From Azolla caroliniana (lineage: Eukaryota; Plantae; Polypodiophyta), in assembly GCA_043228905.1 (NCBI GenBank), contig JBHGNT010000004.1:17670001-17734000 (forward strand): DNA of 64,000 nucleotides, read 5' to 3'. Each line of letters starts with the position of its first letter. Position 1 is the first letter of the stretch. A model generated the notes under the pieces. It was not told the DNA's origin, did not search any database, and saw only the letters and a program-made list of their open reading frames with translations. Positions 46,294 through 58,535 of the stretch are shown here, piece after piece. The position numbers and the translations under genes are program-made.

Positions 46294-47449
46294 AAAAAAC
46301 AAAAGGAGAGAGAGAGATAGAGAGAGAGTTTGGACAATAAGCTCCATTGACAACTTAAGAGAATATTTGTTAAGAAATTGTGACGATTGAAAGAAAAGAG
46401 ATACAAAAGGGGCTCAGTTGGTGACCCTTGATTCACTAAGACCGGAAGACTGATAAACCCTAACATTCCAAAATGACAAAGTATTCAGTTATATCCAACT
46501 ATCTCATACTTATCCCCACATTGTTACCTTCTTCAAAATTGAAAAGAGTGATGATAATTAAGATAGATTAATGCAAACATCTCAAGGATGAAAATTTCAA
46601 GGATTATAACATCATGTGTTTTAATTTCCTAATTGATTTTTTTTTCTTCTTTGACAATCAATCATCATTTTCATGAACATACCAGTGTTGTGTGCCATCA
46701 TTAATCTACATTCTTTGGTTCTGAGAATAGTGGAGAGCTTCAACATATTAAAAGTAAAAGTTTTCAAGAGATGAGCATTTCGTATTGAATGGCATGTAGG
46801 AACCATAATTCACTTAGTTTCATAATACCTTTAATGAGAATATATATCTTATCCACTTCGAACCTTCGTTATCGATCTATTTTGGAATATTTTAATTTGA
46901 TTTTAATACAAGTCAAAATTTTGATCAGATCCTTCATGAGATTTTCCTATAAAATTGAAGTGCTTTAAGCTACTCATAATTGTACAACTCTTCCTCGTTT
47001 AACATGGATCCATATAGCATATTCGATAGATGTTAGAAAAGTTATGATTTGAAAAACTAGTGTGAAGGAAAAATCTTTGACCCATAGTAAGGCATACACA
47101 TTGCTTCAATATTTTAGGAAAATTCATTGAATATGCAAGTAACTCACACCTTACCAGATGTTACAAAACATGGTGTGATTAGTGCATTGAAACAAGCTTA
47201 GTTCTCTAGACTTATACATGATTTATTAAGATATATGCATCCGACTGTATTATGCATGCATGCATATAAACATACATACTTTTGTACAGCAATATGAGCA
47301 TATATATATATACATTACATATATATACTCACAGGTGGACCAAGTGCTCCCAAATGGCAACTTTAATGACATGTTCTTGACCAAACTAGGAGACTTCTGC
47401 AAAGAAGGTTATTAATAACACTTCTGCTTTTTAGATAGGATGTTATGGA

Positions 47450-47877
47450 TCACAGTAGCACCTGAACAATGAAAAAGAAACATAAAAGAATAAAAATCAT
47501 GACATAGAACATTCGTTAACAGCATTTCAAAGCATGCAAAAAAGCTTACCAGATGTGTGAGCAGATAAATGATTAGAGGCATATAGATATCTACTGACTG
47601 CAAAATGCCTCCATTAGTAACAAGGATTATCCTAGTTTGATTCAATGAGCCACTGATAGCATGGAAAACAAGAAGTTCCTTATATTCAAAATTACAAATA
47701 CAAAACTTAATACGCTAATGAAAAATGAGTAAAACTATTTTTATATTTCTCGCATTAGTTTTCACTTAATAATAGCACACTAGGTTATTGTGGTGGTCAA
47801 CAAATCACAAATTATATAGCATACCTAGAAGGAAAGATGCAACTCCCAGTACCTATGATCATATATTTATACATTAG

Positions 47878-47923
<46 letters not shown>

Positions 47924-50900
47924 AAAAGCAGTAGTAATTGCATGTAAAACCCACTATTACAACTTCTCAGCATTCTATATATATGCAGGTAGATGAACAT
48001 CTTGTAAGCCCATTAGAAAATCTGAACATGCATTTAAGGAAATGATCCCCAAATGCTCCAACATCCAAAATTCCACATGGTAATGCCTTTTACCTTTCAC
48101 CCCATGTCTACTAATGCTCATGACAATGCACTACACAATCCAAATGTGTTGCGATCCCCAATATCATAAAATTTGGAACAAGATCTCTAGTTCATCATTT
48201 GGACCACTTTGAGATACTTAGCAAAAACCCATTGTTGAGGCCAAAAATATGAATGTGATAACACTTGCCAAATCTCTGATAAGTACTTCCGAATGATATG
48301 AATTGTAGGGAATTACATGAACCATGTACTATCATCCAATGTAATGATGCAAAAGAAGCATGTATCCGAGTCTTGACCCCAATCTTCTTCTGCTTAAGGC
48401 TGAATCTAATGGGAGCCCACCAATCATGATTCTTCATATATACCTTTGCATGAATGGCAAATGAGACTAACCACGTTGAAATATTTGCAATCACCTTGCA
48501 TTTGACTTATATACATTGTACACCTTACTACTTTAGGAGACAGAATTGACAATGATGCCATTGCATGATGATACAATGTATTTGTCTTGACTTGTAAGTT
48601 TGTAACAAGCATGCACTATTCTTCAACTGCCAATCCATCTAAGGAGAACCATTTACTTTCATTGGCAACGATCCATGCAACATTGGTATATCTTATAATC
48701 TCGCCCAAATAAATCCATAATTTGACGGAATACATAATCATCATTGGGCATCTTCAAATTTTGACAACCTTTGATATTCAATATCAGCCACATCCCCAAT
48801 TCTACAATCCCCAACTGAAACAAACAATTGAACTGAGATCTAACTTCTCTTTTCCATGCCAATACAAAAATCAAGAAGAAATGAGCAATTCATTTTGTAA
48901 TGAATTATAAAGTTTTCGATTACTTGATGATGCCCACTCGAAAAATTAGAAGGCATCTTGCCATGACCTAACCATTTCTTCTCGAGTGTTGATATTATTG
49001 AGCACATATAGAATGTTGAATCTTAAGAGGAATGCATCCATTGAGCAATGGTCATCATGATGTTTTGAATCTTCGTTTTTACATGATGTTTTTACATGCT
49101 CAATGGTCACCATGATGCTTGAATCTTAGTTTTTAGATGCATGAATCCATGCTCAAAAACATACTACATCAAGATATCCATGGTTGATATTGTTGACACA
49201 TGTCTTGTAATAATCATGAGGAAAACCATCACTGCATTCAGTTTGATGTCAATCCATGTAATGATGTCTAATACAACAACAAAAAATGTGTTGAATGATT
49301 AAAAGTTATAACGGCTAGTTAGCTCCAACAACTAGTTAGCCCAACGGCCAGATCTTGGCCTTTATAAAGAGGAACTTTCTCCTCATGTAAATATGAGCGA
49401 CCTCTGTATTTTCTCCCTCCTATTGTGACATACCAATGTATCTTATTGAACAAATGTGCCTTCTCATTTTTCAATTTGGTATCAGAGCATAGATCCGCCC
49501 CTTTGCAAAACCCTAGATCAGCCCTCTGCAAAACCCTAGATCCACCTTTCTGCTGGTATGACAGCGATTGGAGCAGCACTGTCCTAGCATTCAAGAGAGG
49601 AAAGGGGGATTTTTATCTTTAGGGATGAGATTGCTATGTGATTGAGAGGTTACTTGAGAAAAGAAGTCAGAAGAGGAGAGCAGAGATAGGCTAAGTTGAG
49701 AAGATGGATGAGGTGTTCTCAAAATTGAACGAGGATGAGGTGAAAACATTGGTGAAATACATGAAACAGGCTGAGGTTGTAGCATCTGGAGGTGTGACAA
49801 GAACACAACCACCACCTCGACTTGAACTCCTCCCAATTGAGTTCAAACTCGATGGACTAGCCACATACTTGAGCTGCTCGCGTCGGATTATAGGTGCCTT
49901 GGCAAGGAGAAGCCTTGACGGCTACCTAATGGGAGAAGAGAAAGAACCTCTTGTCAAAACGAGGAATGAATGGAAAGCATGGAGAGCTACCCACATGTCT
50001 TTGTACACGTGGCTTCTCAACTCCATGGTTCCATCAATCGCCACAACTATTGATGGAATTTTAAGTGTGAAGGAGATTTGGGAGAAATTGCAAAAGATGT
50101 ATGCTAGGAGGGGAAATAACATGAGAGTATTTCAAATCAAGCAGGAGATAGATGCCGTCTGGCAGGGAGATAGGATGATTCAGGAATATGCCATAGAGTT
50201 GGAGCGTCTATGGGCAGAATATGATCATTTCTCGCCTGTGACAATGTTCAATGATCCTCAATGTAAAAGCAAGGAAATTTCTGCTCAAAGAAGAACCATG
50301 CAATTTTTGAAACATCTCAACTTGTCATTTGATCAAAGAAGGGCAATTCTTCTAGTCACGGTTGAAATTCCCACACTTGATGAGGCAATTGCGACTATGA
50401 TACAAGAGGAGAGTAGAATGAAGCTGCTCTCTGACACTACCGGACTTCCAGGGGTACGATCGGCACTAATGGTGTCAAATTCAAGCGAAAGTTAAAATCG
50501 CAAATGCTACAATTGTGGTGAAGCTGGTCATTTAAAGAATGCTTGCCCTAAACCATCCAAGGAGAGAGAATATGGAGAACGTGGACAAACTAGAGATCGT
50601 GGTCAAGGGGGCTGAAGAGGTGGAAGAGGTCACAAAGCAAACCTGATGGTAGCAAAAGAAGAGGAAGGAACTAATGTGGTGTTCACCGAGTAGGATCAAG
50701 CTCTCTTAGATATACTTAGGAGGAAGCAAAAAGCCGCAAATGATACTTCATTCATGTCAAGAGGTAACATTGCCACCTATGCTTATTCGGCCACAAGTAC
50801 TCAACGGCACGAGGACATATCTTCGTGCCTTCATCAATCAAATTCGGTTTATCTCCCATAGCATTAGCAATTTTCCATGCATGTAGCCCCCCCCCTCATG

Positions 50901-53900
50901 GACCACGATCTCACCACCCTTGTCATTGACAAATAAAGGCCATTGCCTCCCACCATTAAAGGTGCTTGCTTCCCTCACCTTGGATACCTCTCCATTCTGG
51001 ATCAACCTATGCTAGAGATCTTTTGAAGAAAAAATTTATATTCTATCAGAATTGAGGATCTTACATGTACCGATAACAAGATTCTTTGGTCAATTTTATC
51101 TTACTTACTTTTTTGCTTGGTAACATTTATTTATTTTGGTTTGGTGTTCTCCAATATGAGACAACACTTCCGATGCAATCTCTTGTTTGGTCTTACATTG
51201 CCATTTTGGCCTCTTAAAATATGTTAATGTATCTTTCTTTCTTTCTTTCTTAATTGATTAATCCAGCAGCTCCAAATAGATTAGTCTAGTGGCATTCTGA
51301 CTCTCCCTACCATTGCACTTCCAAATGCACGATGTATTTCATATGAGGCACTTGGAGCTGTGCTATGAATCCCTGGTTCCTGATTGACAACCTAAAGAGC
51401 TTCCCACTATGCAAATCAAGGACGAGCAATAGTACATAGTCGAGGAGATCTTAGACTGAAAGAAAATACATCACAATCTCCATTAATTCATCTTGTTGAA
51501 AAACTGCTCGTGATCAGAGGCCACTTGGGAACCAACCATCCACCTCATTAATGCACCTAATGTGGCTGGTGAATTCCATCACCATTATCTACACAACCCA
51601 TTTTAACTCGAATGGCAATAAGAGGGGATGATGTCATGACGCTTGAATGTGACATCTAACTAATGTAAAGAGAATTTCTGCTATTGTAAGAATAAAAGAG
51701 GCTATATTTGTGGGTTGCCACATGTAAAGCTCCAAGGTCAACATGCTAATTCATGCATGGCTTATCAATTGTACAAAAGGGGGTTTTCACCATACTCTAT
51801 TCTCAAGAAGATTAACACAGGTCACTGAATACAAGCTTCTTGTTTTGTCCCCATATCTTGTTTCATGACAGATTGGGCCACATCAAACCACATATTAAAA
51901 TCAATCAACTAATGCATGCTAATTCATTGTTCAAAAGGGGGTTTTCACCATCGTTGATTCTCAAGAAGATCAACACAGGTCTCTAAATACAAGCTTCTTG
52001 TTTTGTCCCCATATCTTGTTTCATGACAGATTGGGCCACATCAGAGCACATACTAAAATCAATCATCTAGCAAAAAATTTCGTCTCACAATACAAAGAAT
52101 TTCATAACTTGGGGCATAAATGCTAATGAGTCATATACCTTTCCCTATCATAGATAACCTCAACCATTATGAATGGTTCATGTATATCACTTTGAACCAC
52201 CATAGGTTCAAGCCTATCCCTCATATAAGAGCCATGTGAAAAAAATATCCCTCTGTAATTCAATTATAAGACACATAATAAACCTTACGCTGAAAAGAAG
52301 AGCTTGAATTAGCTTGATCTTTATGTGCCATTACACACAATATGACCCATTGACTATTCAAAATATTTCTTTAAATATCACACATCCTAGAAAGAGAATG
52401 GGTTCCTCTTATATTTTCTGTAACTATTGTCATGAACGTCGGAAGATTAGATGAGCGGATGTGTGGATGTGTGGAAGATCATGTGAAAGGATAAGAAAGA
52501 GAGAGGATTCATTTGAGAGGAATTGACGTAGAAAACTCCAACAACCGGAATTTGAGGCAAGAGACAAGAGATGTAAGATGAGAGAATGAAAGTGAGACAA
52601 GGAGGTGAGATAATGTAAAAAGAATTTTTTGGCCTGGGAGTCACTCCCCTTGTAACCTTACTATCTACTTGGTAGCCACAAAAACTGTCTTCATAACTCA
52701 CTAGTTAGGCCACTTGTTGACCTAAGCATGATCCCATTGAGCAACCATGTCTAAAAACTTCAAAAAAGCATTCTGCAGGGGAAGCACTACTTAGCCACTT
52801 CCATATGATTTCTCTTGAACTTTAATGCATGCCTCACTTGCATTTTCCCGCAAAATTTACACGACAATCATAAATTTTAATAAGCGTTTTTATCCATTAT
52901 TAACCAGGGCATTATGAACAGTCCTAACATGTAATGATGAAGATATTTAAATAAATATATGTCTGTATATCCATCCAACAAACACATATATGCATGACTT
53001 ATGTGAAAAAAAAACATGCATACATTGAAATAATAGGATCACATTAGATATATAAATACATAAATAAATAAATATGTTAATGCATGCATGCATACATCCA
53101 TTCATCCATACATACATGCATACATACATACCATGTATGCTCTACTTTACTCCCCACCTATCATGCATGCATACATACCTACTCCATGCATACATGGATG
53201 TGTAGATAGATTGATCGCTAAAAGGGAGAATGAGTGGTGTATTGCCATTCAAACTTACTTGGGTCTTCTGTTGTGACGATTGCAGCACCTTGAAAGTTGC
53301 ATGTTCCTGAGGCTTTGGCATGCATCTGGTAATAACTGTTGAAGACATAGGAGGCATGGAAAGCAACAGTATTCGGCGAGAAACAAGGGGCCCCGAGCTT
53401 AATCGGAGTGCAATCTGCTGTTGACTGCCCACAAGCATAAGTCATGGCTGCTTGCAGGGTAGAATCATCCACTCCCGAGTTAGAGATACACCAGCTTAAG
53501 CTAGTATTTGAGATCATGTCTGTTGCTCCAGCCAAAGAATGAAAGGATTCTGTAGGTTCATCCCCAATTCTGGTTATACAAATGGTGGCAATATACATAC
53601 ATACATATGTACGCACACACACATGCATACATTCACAGACACATACATAGAAGCATGTATGTGCACACACATAAAACCATACAAACACGTATTGTATAGC
53701 ATCAATAAATAAAGGAAAGCGCTATTTGCCCCCCCATTTTGGCTATCCCCGCCCCCCCCCCCCCCCCATTTTTTTTACAATTTCTGATAGTTCTCACCTT
53801 GTTCAGCAACATGTCTCAACAAGCGTCTTCAGCTTCAATTATCGATAAAACCTTCACCGAGAGAGGGGCTCTGATCAGTTTTATCAAGGACCATTTCCGT

Positions 53901-54656
53901 GCTCAGAATATCATCGTTGTATTGGATAAGCATAGCGACAACCGAAAAGTCACTTTCAAGTGCTACTATGGGGGGAAATATCGCAACCCTCTAGGCTTGA
54001 CTGACGATACTCGCAAAAGACAAACAGGGACTCATCTAATGGACTGCCCATTCTTCGTTAGAGCAAACTTCTCGAAGAAAACAGGACAGTGGAGTATTAA
54101 AAAGGCAGCTATTGCGCACAACCATCCTATTGCGCACAACAATATGAAAATTTAGGGGGGGATAGCCAAAATGGGGGGGCAAATAGTGCTTTCCTAAATA
54201 AAACCATAAAAACAAAACAATCATACAGCCATACATACACATATATACATGCATAGAAAGCACATACGCGCATAAATGCATGCAAATAGTCAAACCTAAG
54301 AACTAAACATATATACCAACAGATACAGGCATGCAAACCGATACATACATACATAGAAACAGACACATACAAGCCAACTGGAAACCTAAACCCTAAAGGT
54401 ATATCCATCACATTACAAGCATACAAATGCACGATACAAAGACGTCGGATTACACAAACATAGATACACACGCAACATAGCATATAGGAAGAAAAACACA
54501 TACAAAGATACACACACCTACACGATGCATACATACAAGAATAGATCGAGCAGAAAAGGGGCGATTATAGAGTTTCGCAGGGAGAGCGCCCTTACCTGAA
54601 CCCTGCATCGAGAAGATAGCAGCTGAGAGTAGGAGGAGGAGGAGGCGAATGGGCAT
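47450..54656 (-). CDS. X8-domain GPI-anchored protein (PDCB-like callose-binding), 5 exons, 154 aa
   Basis: Exons 54596-54656, 53259-53519, 47825-47852, 47550-47652, 47450-47461, all GT-AG and phase-compatible (465 nt). Signal peptide MPIRLLLLLLSAAIFS; X8 domain WC..YACG..ADCTPI..GAPCFSPNTVAFHASYVFNSYYQ..CNFQGAA..DPSTGSCIFP; hydrophobic C-terminus PLIIYLLTHLVLL. Confidence 0.88.
47921..49215 (-). mobile_element. Intronic LINE 3' fragment of the same family as 41780-46293
   Basis: Reverse-complement similarity to about 44990-46293; ends TGCTTTTACC directly into (AG)n. Confidence 0.8.
49289..50800 (+). mobile_element. Truncated Ale/Retrofit-like Copia in intron 2
   Basis: Short LTR 49289-49473, PBS TGGTATCAGAGC 49477-49488, gag ORF 49704-50495 (WLLNSM, EIWEKL, QEESR), knuckle CYNCGEAGHLKNAC. 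Confidence 0.85.
51742..52066 (+). repeat. Tandem duplication of about 165 bp
   Basis: AAAAGGGGGTTTTCACCAT..CAAGCTTCTTGTTTTGTCCCCATATCTTGTTTCATGACAGATTGGGCCACATCA occurs twice. Confidence 0.85.
53714..54194 (+). mobile_element. Miniature MULE (Mutator-like) element in intron 1
   Basis: TIRs of about 37 bp GGAAAGCGCTATTTGCCCCCCCATTTTGGCTATCCCC and near-perfect reverse complement; 8-bp TSD TAAATAAA. Confidence 0.9.
53811..54155 (+). CDS. FAR1/WRKY-GCM1-type DNA-binding domain only (114 aa)
   Basis: FKCYYGGKY..TRKRQTG...DCPF...W.....HNH is the N-terminal zinc DNA-binding domain of MULE transposases; the stop abuts the right TIR. Confidence 0.65.
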   Translation: MSQQASSASIIDKTFTERGALISFIKDHFRAQNIIVVLDKHSDNRKVTFKCYYGGKYRNPLGLTDDTRKRQTGTHLMDCPFFVRANFSKKTGQWSIKKAAIAHNHPIAHNNMKI

Positions 54657-54745
54657 GGCGAAGAGACGGAGAGAAGCGCTTGTCGGACCGAGGGGGGGGG
54701 GGGGGGGGGGGCAGAGGAACAGACAATCGGTTCGGTGGATGAGAG

Positions 54746-55030
54746 CAGCGGCTTGGCTTGACTTGACTTTCATTTGACTTGACTGCTGTAGTTCAAATGA
54801 GATTTTTAAGATGGAAGGAGTAAGAGATTTAGGGGGGGGAGACCGAGACAATTGTACCAACAACCATCATCACATCACAGCCTACCGGAGCATATGACTT
54901 AGCGGCTTGGCTTGACTTGACTGCGGTAGTTCAAATGAGATTTTTAAGATGGAAGGAGTAAGAGATTTAGGGGAGGAGACCCGAGACAATTGTACCAATA
55001 TAACCATCATCACATCACAGGAGCATATGT
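54746..55030. repeat. Tandem duplication of about 150 bp upstream of the X8 gene
   Basis: AGCGGCTTGGCTTGACTTGACT..AAATGAGATTTTTAAGATGGAAGGAG..CATCACATCACAG..GGAGCATATG occurs twice. Confidence 0.9.
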
Positions 55031-55789
55031 TCTTACCTTGGATTGGCCCCAAAACCCTTCGTTACAACCCAATCTGACGTAATATGATCAATCCTATCAC
55101 ACCACCACCTCTTTAACCTTTCACTATATCCCATAATTTAACCACCACGTTTCCTCACTCGTAACTAGTACAAACAATTAGCATGCAAATCATTAAGGCT
55201 TATGTTTAACTATTAATGTCAATCAACTTTGTTGTTAGTTAGCCTTCCCTTGACTAGGTACAAGGCTTGTGCTTGTGTCTCATGATAAGAGAATAGTTTC
55301 TCCAAGTTCATTGTCACATACCAAAATTGCATGAAATATGTCATTGGCGGAATGTCGATGTGTATAGCAAATAGGAAGGAATAGAATAGGCACACTAAGC
55401 AAAGAATAGAGCAAGCCTAGTGTGAGATTAGGAAAGCCAAACAAGACTTAAAGATAGAACACATATTGAAGGCAAAACTAGAGTTAAAGAAAAGGAAACA
55501 TAATTAAGGCATAGAACAAGCCTTGGTGCAATGTAATTAAGAAATTGCAATCGATAATTGGTGTTCATGTGTGCAGAGGAAAATCCCTCCCAACATCTAT
55601 TTTTATATAATCTCATTATTTATCCCATAACTTATTTCAATCATCTATTATGTCTAATACTCTCCACAAGGTTTCATATCATTCAAGAACATTTTTGTTA
55701 CCTTCTATAAGCCTCCATAATGTTCTACTACATGGGTTCAAAGTGTTGGCCATTCAATGAAGGACATGTAATACTTGCTAGTAGGAATC

Positions 55790-56636
55790 GACAACAGTTT
55801 GGTTTAGGCTTAACCATTTTGGCATGGTTCAAGCCAAACCTATTAAGCTAGTTTAGATGGTTTCAAATTCGAACGGAGTTGAGCCAAACCCGTTTCTAAA
55901 CTTGGTAAGGCTTAACCAGTTTGGGACAATTTGCTTAATCCTAAACCCGTTTAGCAACCAATTTGTGGCGCTCATAAGCTATAGCTTACAAACCAGTTTG
56001 TTGCACTTATAGGCCGCAGCTTAGAAATTGGTTTGTGGGGCTCATAGGTTGTAGCTTAGAAACGAGTTTGTGGCACTCATAGGCTTAGGATTTGACAATT
56101 ATTTGGTTTCGGCTTAACCTGTTTGGGGGTTTTCAAACTTGAACTGAACCAATCTCTAAAACGGTTTAGCATAATCATTAAAACCAGAACTGGTTTGGAA
56201 ACTAGTTTGGCCCAAACTGGTTCAGTTCTACTTGACCCATCCTAAACTGAGATCAAACTGGTCAAAGAAGCTCAAGCCGCAAACCGCCAAACCAATTAAA
56301 AACGGTTTAATGGCTCTTTAGGCTTGAGCCAAGCCATTTCTTACTCCTACATAGGCCACAACTTAGGAGTCAACAAAAAAGAGTGCTTATGAGGTGCTTA
56401 ATAGGAGAAGATGTCCCACAAGAGGTGCCTCAACAGAAGGAGTGCTTAGGCTCGACAGAGGAGTGATCACTTCTCACTCTCTTAACACTAAGTTTTTTTG
56501 TGGGAAGGGAGATAAACAAGGGAGGGGGGGCTAATTGGCTTAACTAGTTTGGTAGAGCTCAAGCCGAATTGAACCAAGCTCAAACCTGTTAAGGAAGCTC
56601 AAGCCTGAACCAAGCTAGTCAAACTAGCAAACCGGC
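55790..56636. repeat. AAACC/GGTTT-rich subrepeat element with ~39-bp tandem units (non-autonomous DNA transposon-like)
   Basis: Repeated GGTTT/AAACC motifs; TTTGTGGCGCTCATA..GCTTAGAAA units at 55960-56085; termini not resolved. Confidence 0.45.
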
Positions 56637-58535
56637 TGTAAAGATTACTTGCGGAAGCTAAAACAGAACACAACCGGCTCAGCTGGACAGCAATAGAGAA
56701 AAAATGGAGATACACAGAACGTAGGAGAGATAGAGGGAGTAGAAGACTCGAGAAGCTCTATTAAAAAATAATATGCTCTATACATATAAATGTGCTTAAA
56801 GAGCACTGTTTTACAAGCCTTTACAACGGGCTGACATGTCAAGTACCGTTAGTACTTTAATGCTCACTTAAGAACATCTGACAGTAACTCCTAAAGTTAT
56901 TCCTACCTACTGACATAGGAGCATAGGCCTCTAATGGTCTACCAGCTCCCCACCAATCTAGCTCATTGATCTGGTTCTCCACCGATCCGGCCCATGTTCC
57001 GCTTGCTTCTCAACACTCTCCCTCAAGCTCAACTTGAGGTTCCTCCTGCTTTGCCGGTTCTATTTTCCGGCTCCTCTTGGCGTCTTCATGCCTTGCTCGT
57101 GCTCCTCGTCCCGTCTCGTGTTCCACGACCCCGATGGTCCCTACGATCGGCTTGTTTTCCCTTTAGGCCCTTCTTAGCTCCCTCGCTATTGCGGCATTGG
57201 TGCCCCTCGACCCGCCGGCTCCTCTATTTCAGTGTTGGCTTCAGCTGCCCTCTCCTCCACCTGGCCTTCATATGATTCGACTCTCCCAAATCAAACTTCT
57301 CAATTGAATCGGTTGCCTCCGATTCGTCTTATGTGTTGCCTTTGACCACATCAGCCCATGTCCTGGTTCTGGCCTTCTTCTTTCGGTGGGCTCTGTCCTT
57401 CTTGACTCTACCTCCTCCACCGGCTCTTCTGGATGTTTCGACTTTTTCAGTTGATTCGGCATCTTCTTCAACTCTCTCTTGACCTTCAACTTTAACTAGT
57501 TGGTTACTTTTGTTCTCCTCTCCATCTGTTCCACCTGTTCTTCTCCCCCTCAAGTGTGGCATGTCGAGATGTTGTAGCCCAAGCATCACCGAAAAGTGTT
57601 GCAACTTGTCCAGTCTGAGCGCTTGGTTGAAAATTTCGGCAACTTGCTGATCAGTGCGAACATACCGGAGTTTGACTTCACTGCTCAAGACCCGCTCACA
57701 CACAAAGTGATAATACACTTCTATGTGCTTCGTCCGAGCATGGAATATCAGATTCTTTGCCAACTGCATGTTACTGATGTTGTCACAGTAGATCGGAATT
57801 GGAGTGGGAACTTTGACTTGTAGATCCTGTAATGGCTACTTGAGCCATATAGCCTCACATGTTGTGACAGTGGCTCCTCTATACTCAACTTCGGTGCTTG
57901 ACAAGGTCACTGTCGGTTGCTTCTTGCTACTCCACGCTACAGCCACACTCCCAAAGGAGAACATAAAACCTGATGTCGACCGGCGATCCGTGGTGTCACC
58001 GGTCCAGTCGACATCAGTATAGCTAACTAGTTGTTTGACTATGCCGTGCTGAAATAGCAGTCCACAATCCTTCGTGCCGCTCACATATCTCAATATCTGG
58101 TGCGCGTATTGAAGGTGCTCGAGTGTCAGCCTTCTACATGAACTGACTTATCATGCCGACTGGATAGCTAAGATCAGGTCGGGTGATGGTTAGATAAATT
58201 AGGCTTTTGACGATTTGTCGAAACCGTTTTGCATCGCAAGCCACGCCTAAGGCAAAGCTTCAAGTTTCGGTTAATAGGAGTGGAGACGGATCGACAATTC
58301 GTCATGTCGAATTTATACAGCATATTCAAGACTTAGTGTCATTCAGTTAGCAATATGTCGTCGGGGGTGTGGATCACTTCAATCTTGAGGAAGTAATGAA
58401 GGTACCCTAAATCCTTCATTTCAAATGCATTCGACAACTGGGACTTTACTCGGCTGATTTCAGCAAGGTCGGGGTCGGTGACGACCAGGTTGTCCATGCA
58501 CACTGGACCGTTTGTACCTTTCCGGATGAACAAGG
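56637..58535 (-). mobile_element. Copia-3 3' half (Copia-2-like)
   Basis: 3' LTR 56637-57015, PPT TTGAGGGAGAG adjacent, RNase H and RT remnants; interrupted at 58536. Confidence 0.88.

Noticed and set aside
52428-52700. Possible solo LTR starting TGTCATGAA
   Set aside because: No convincing opposite terminus or TSD.
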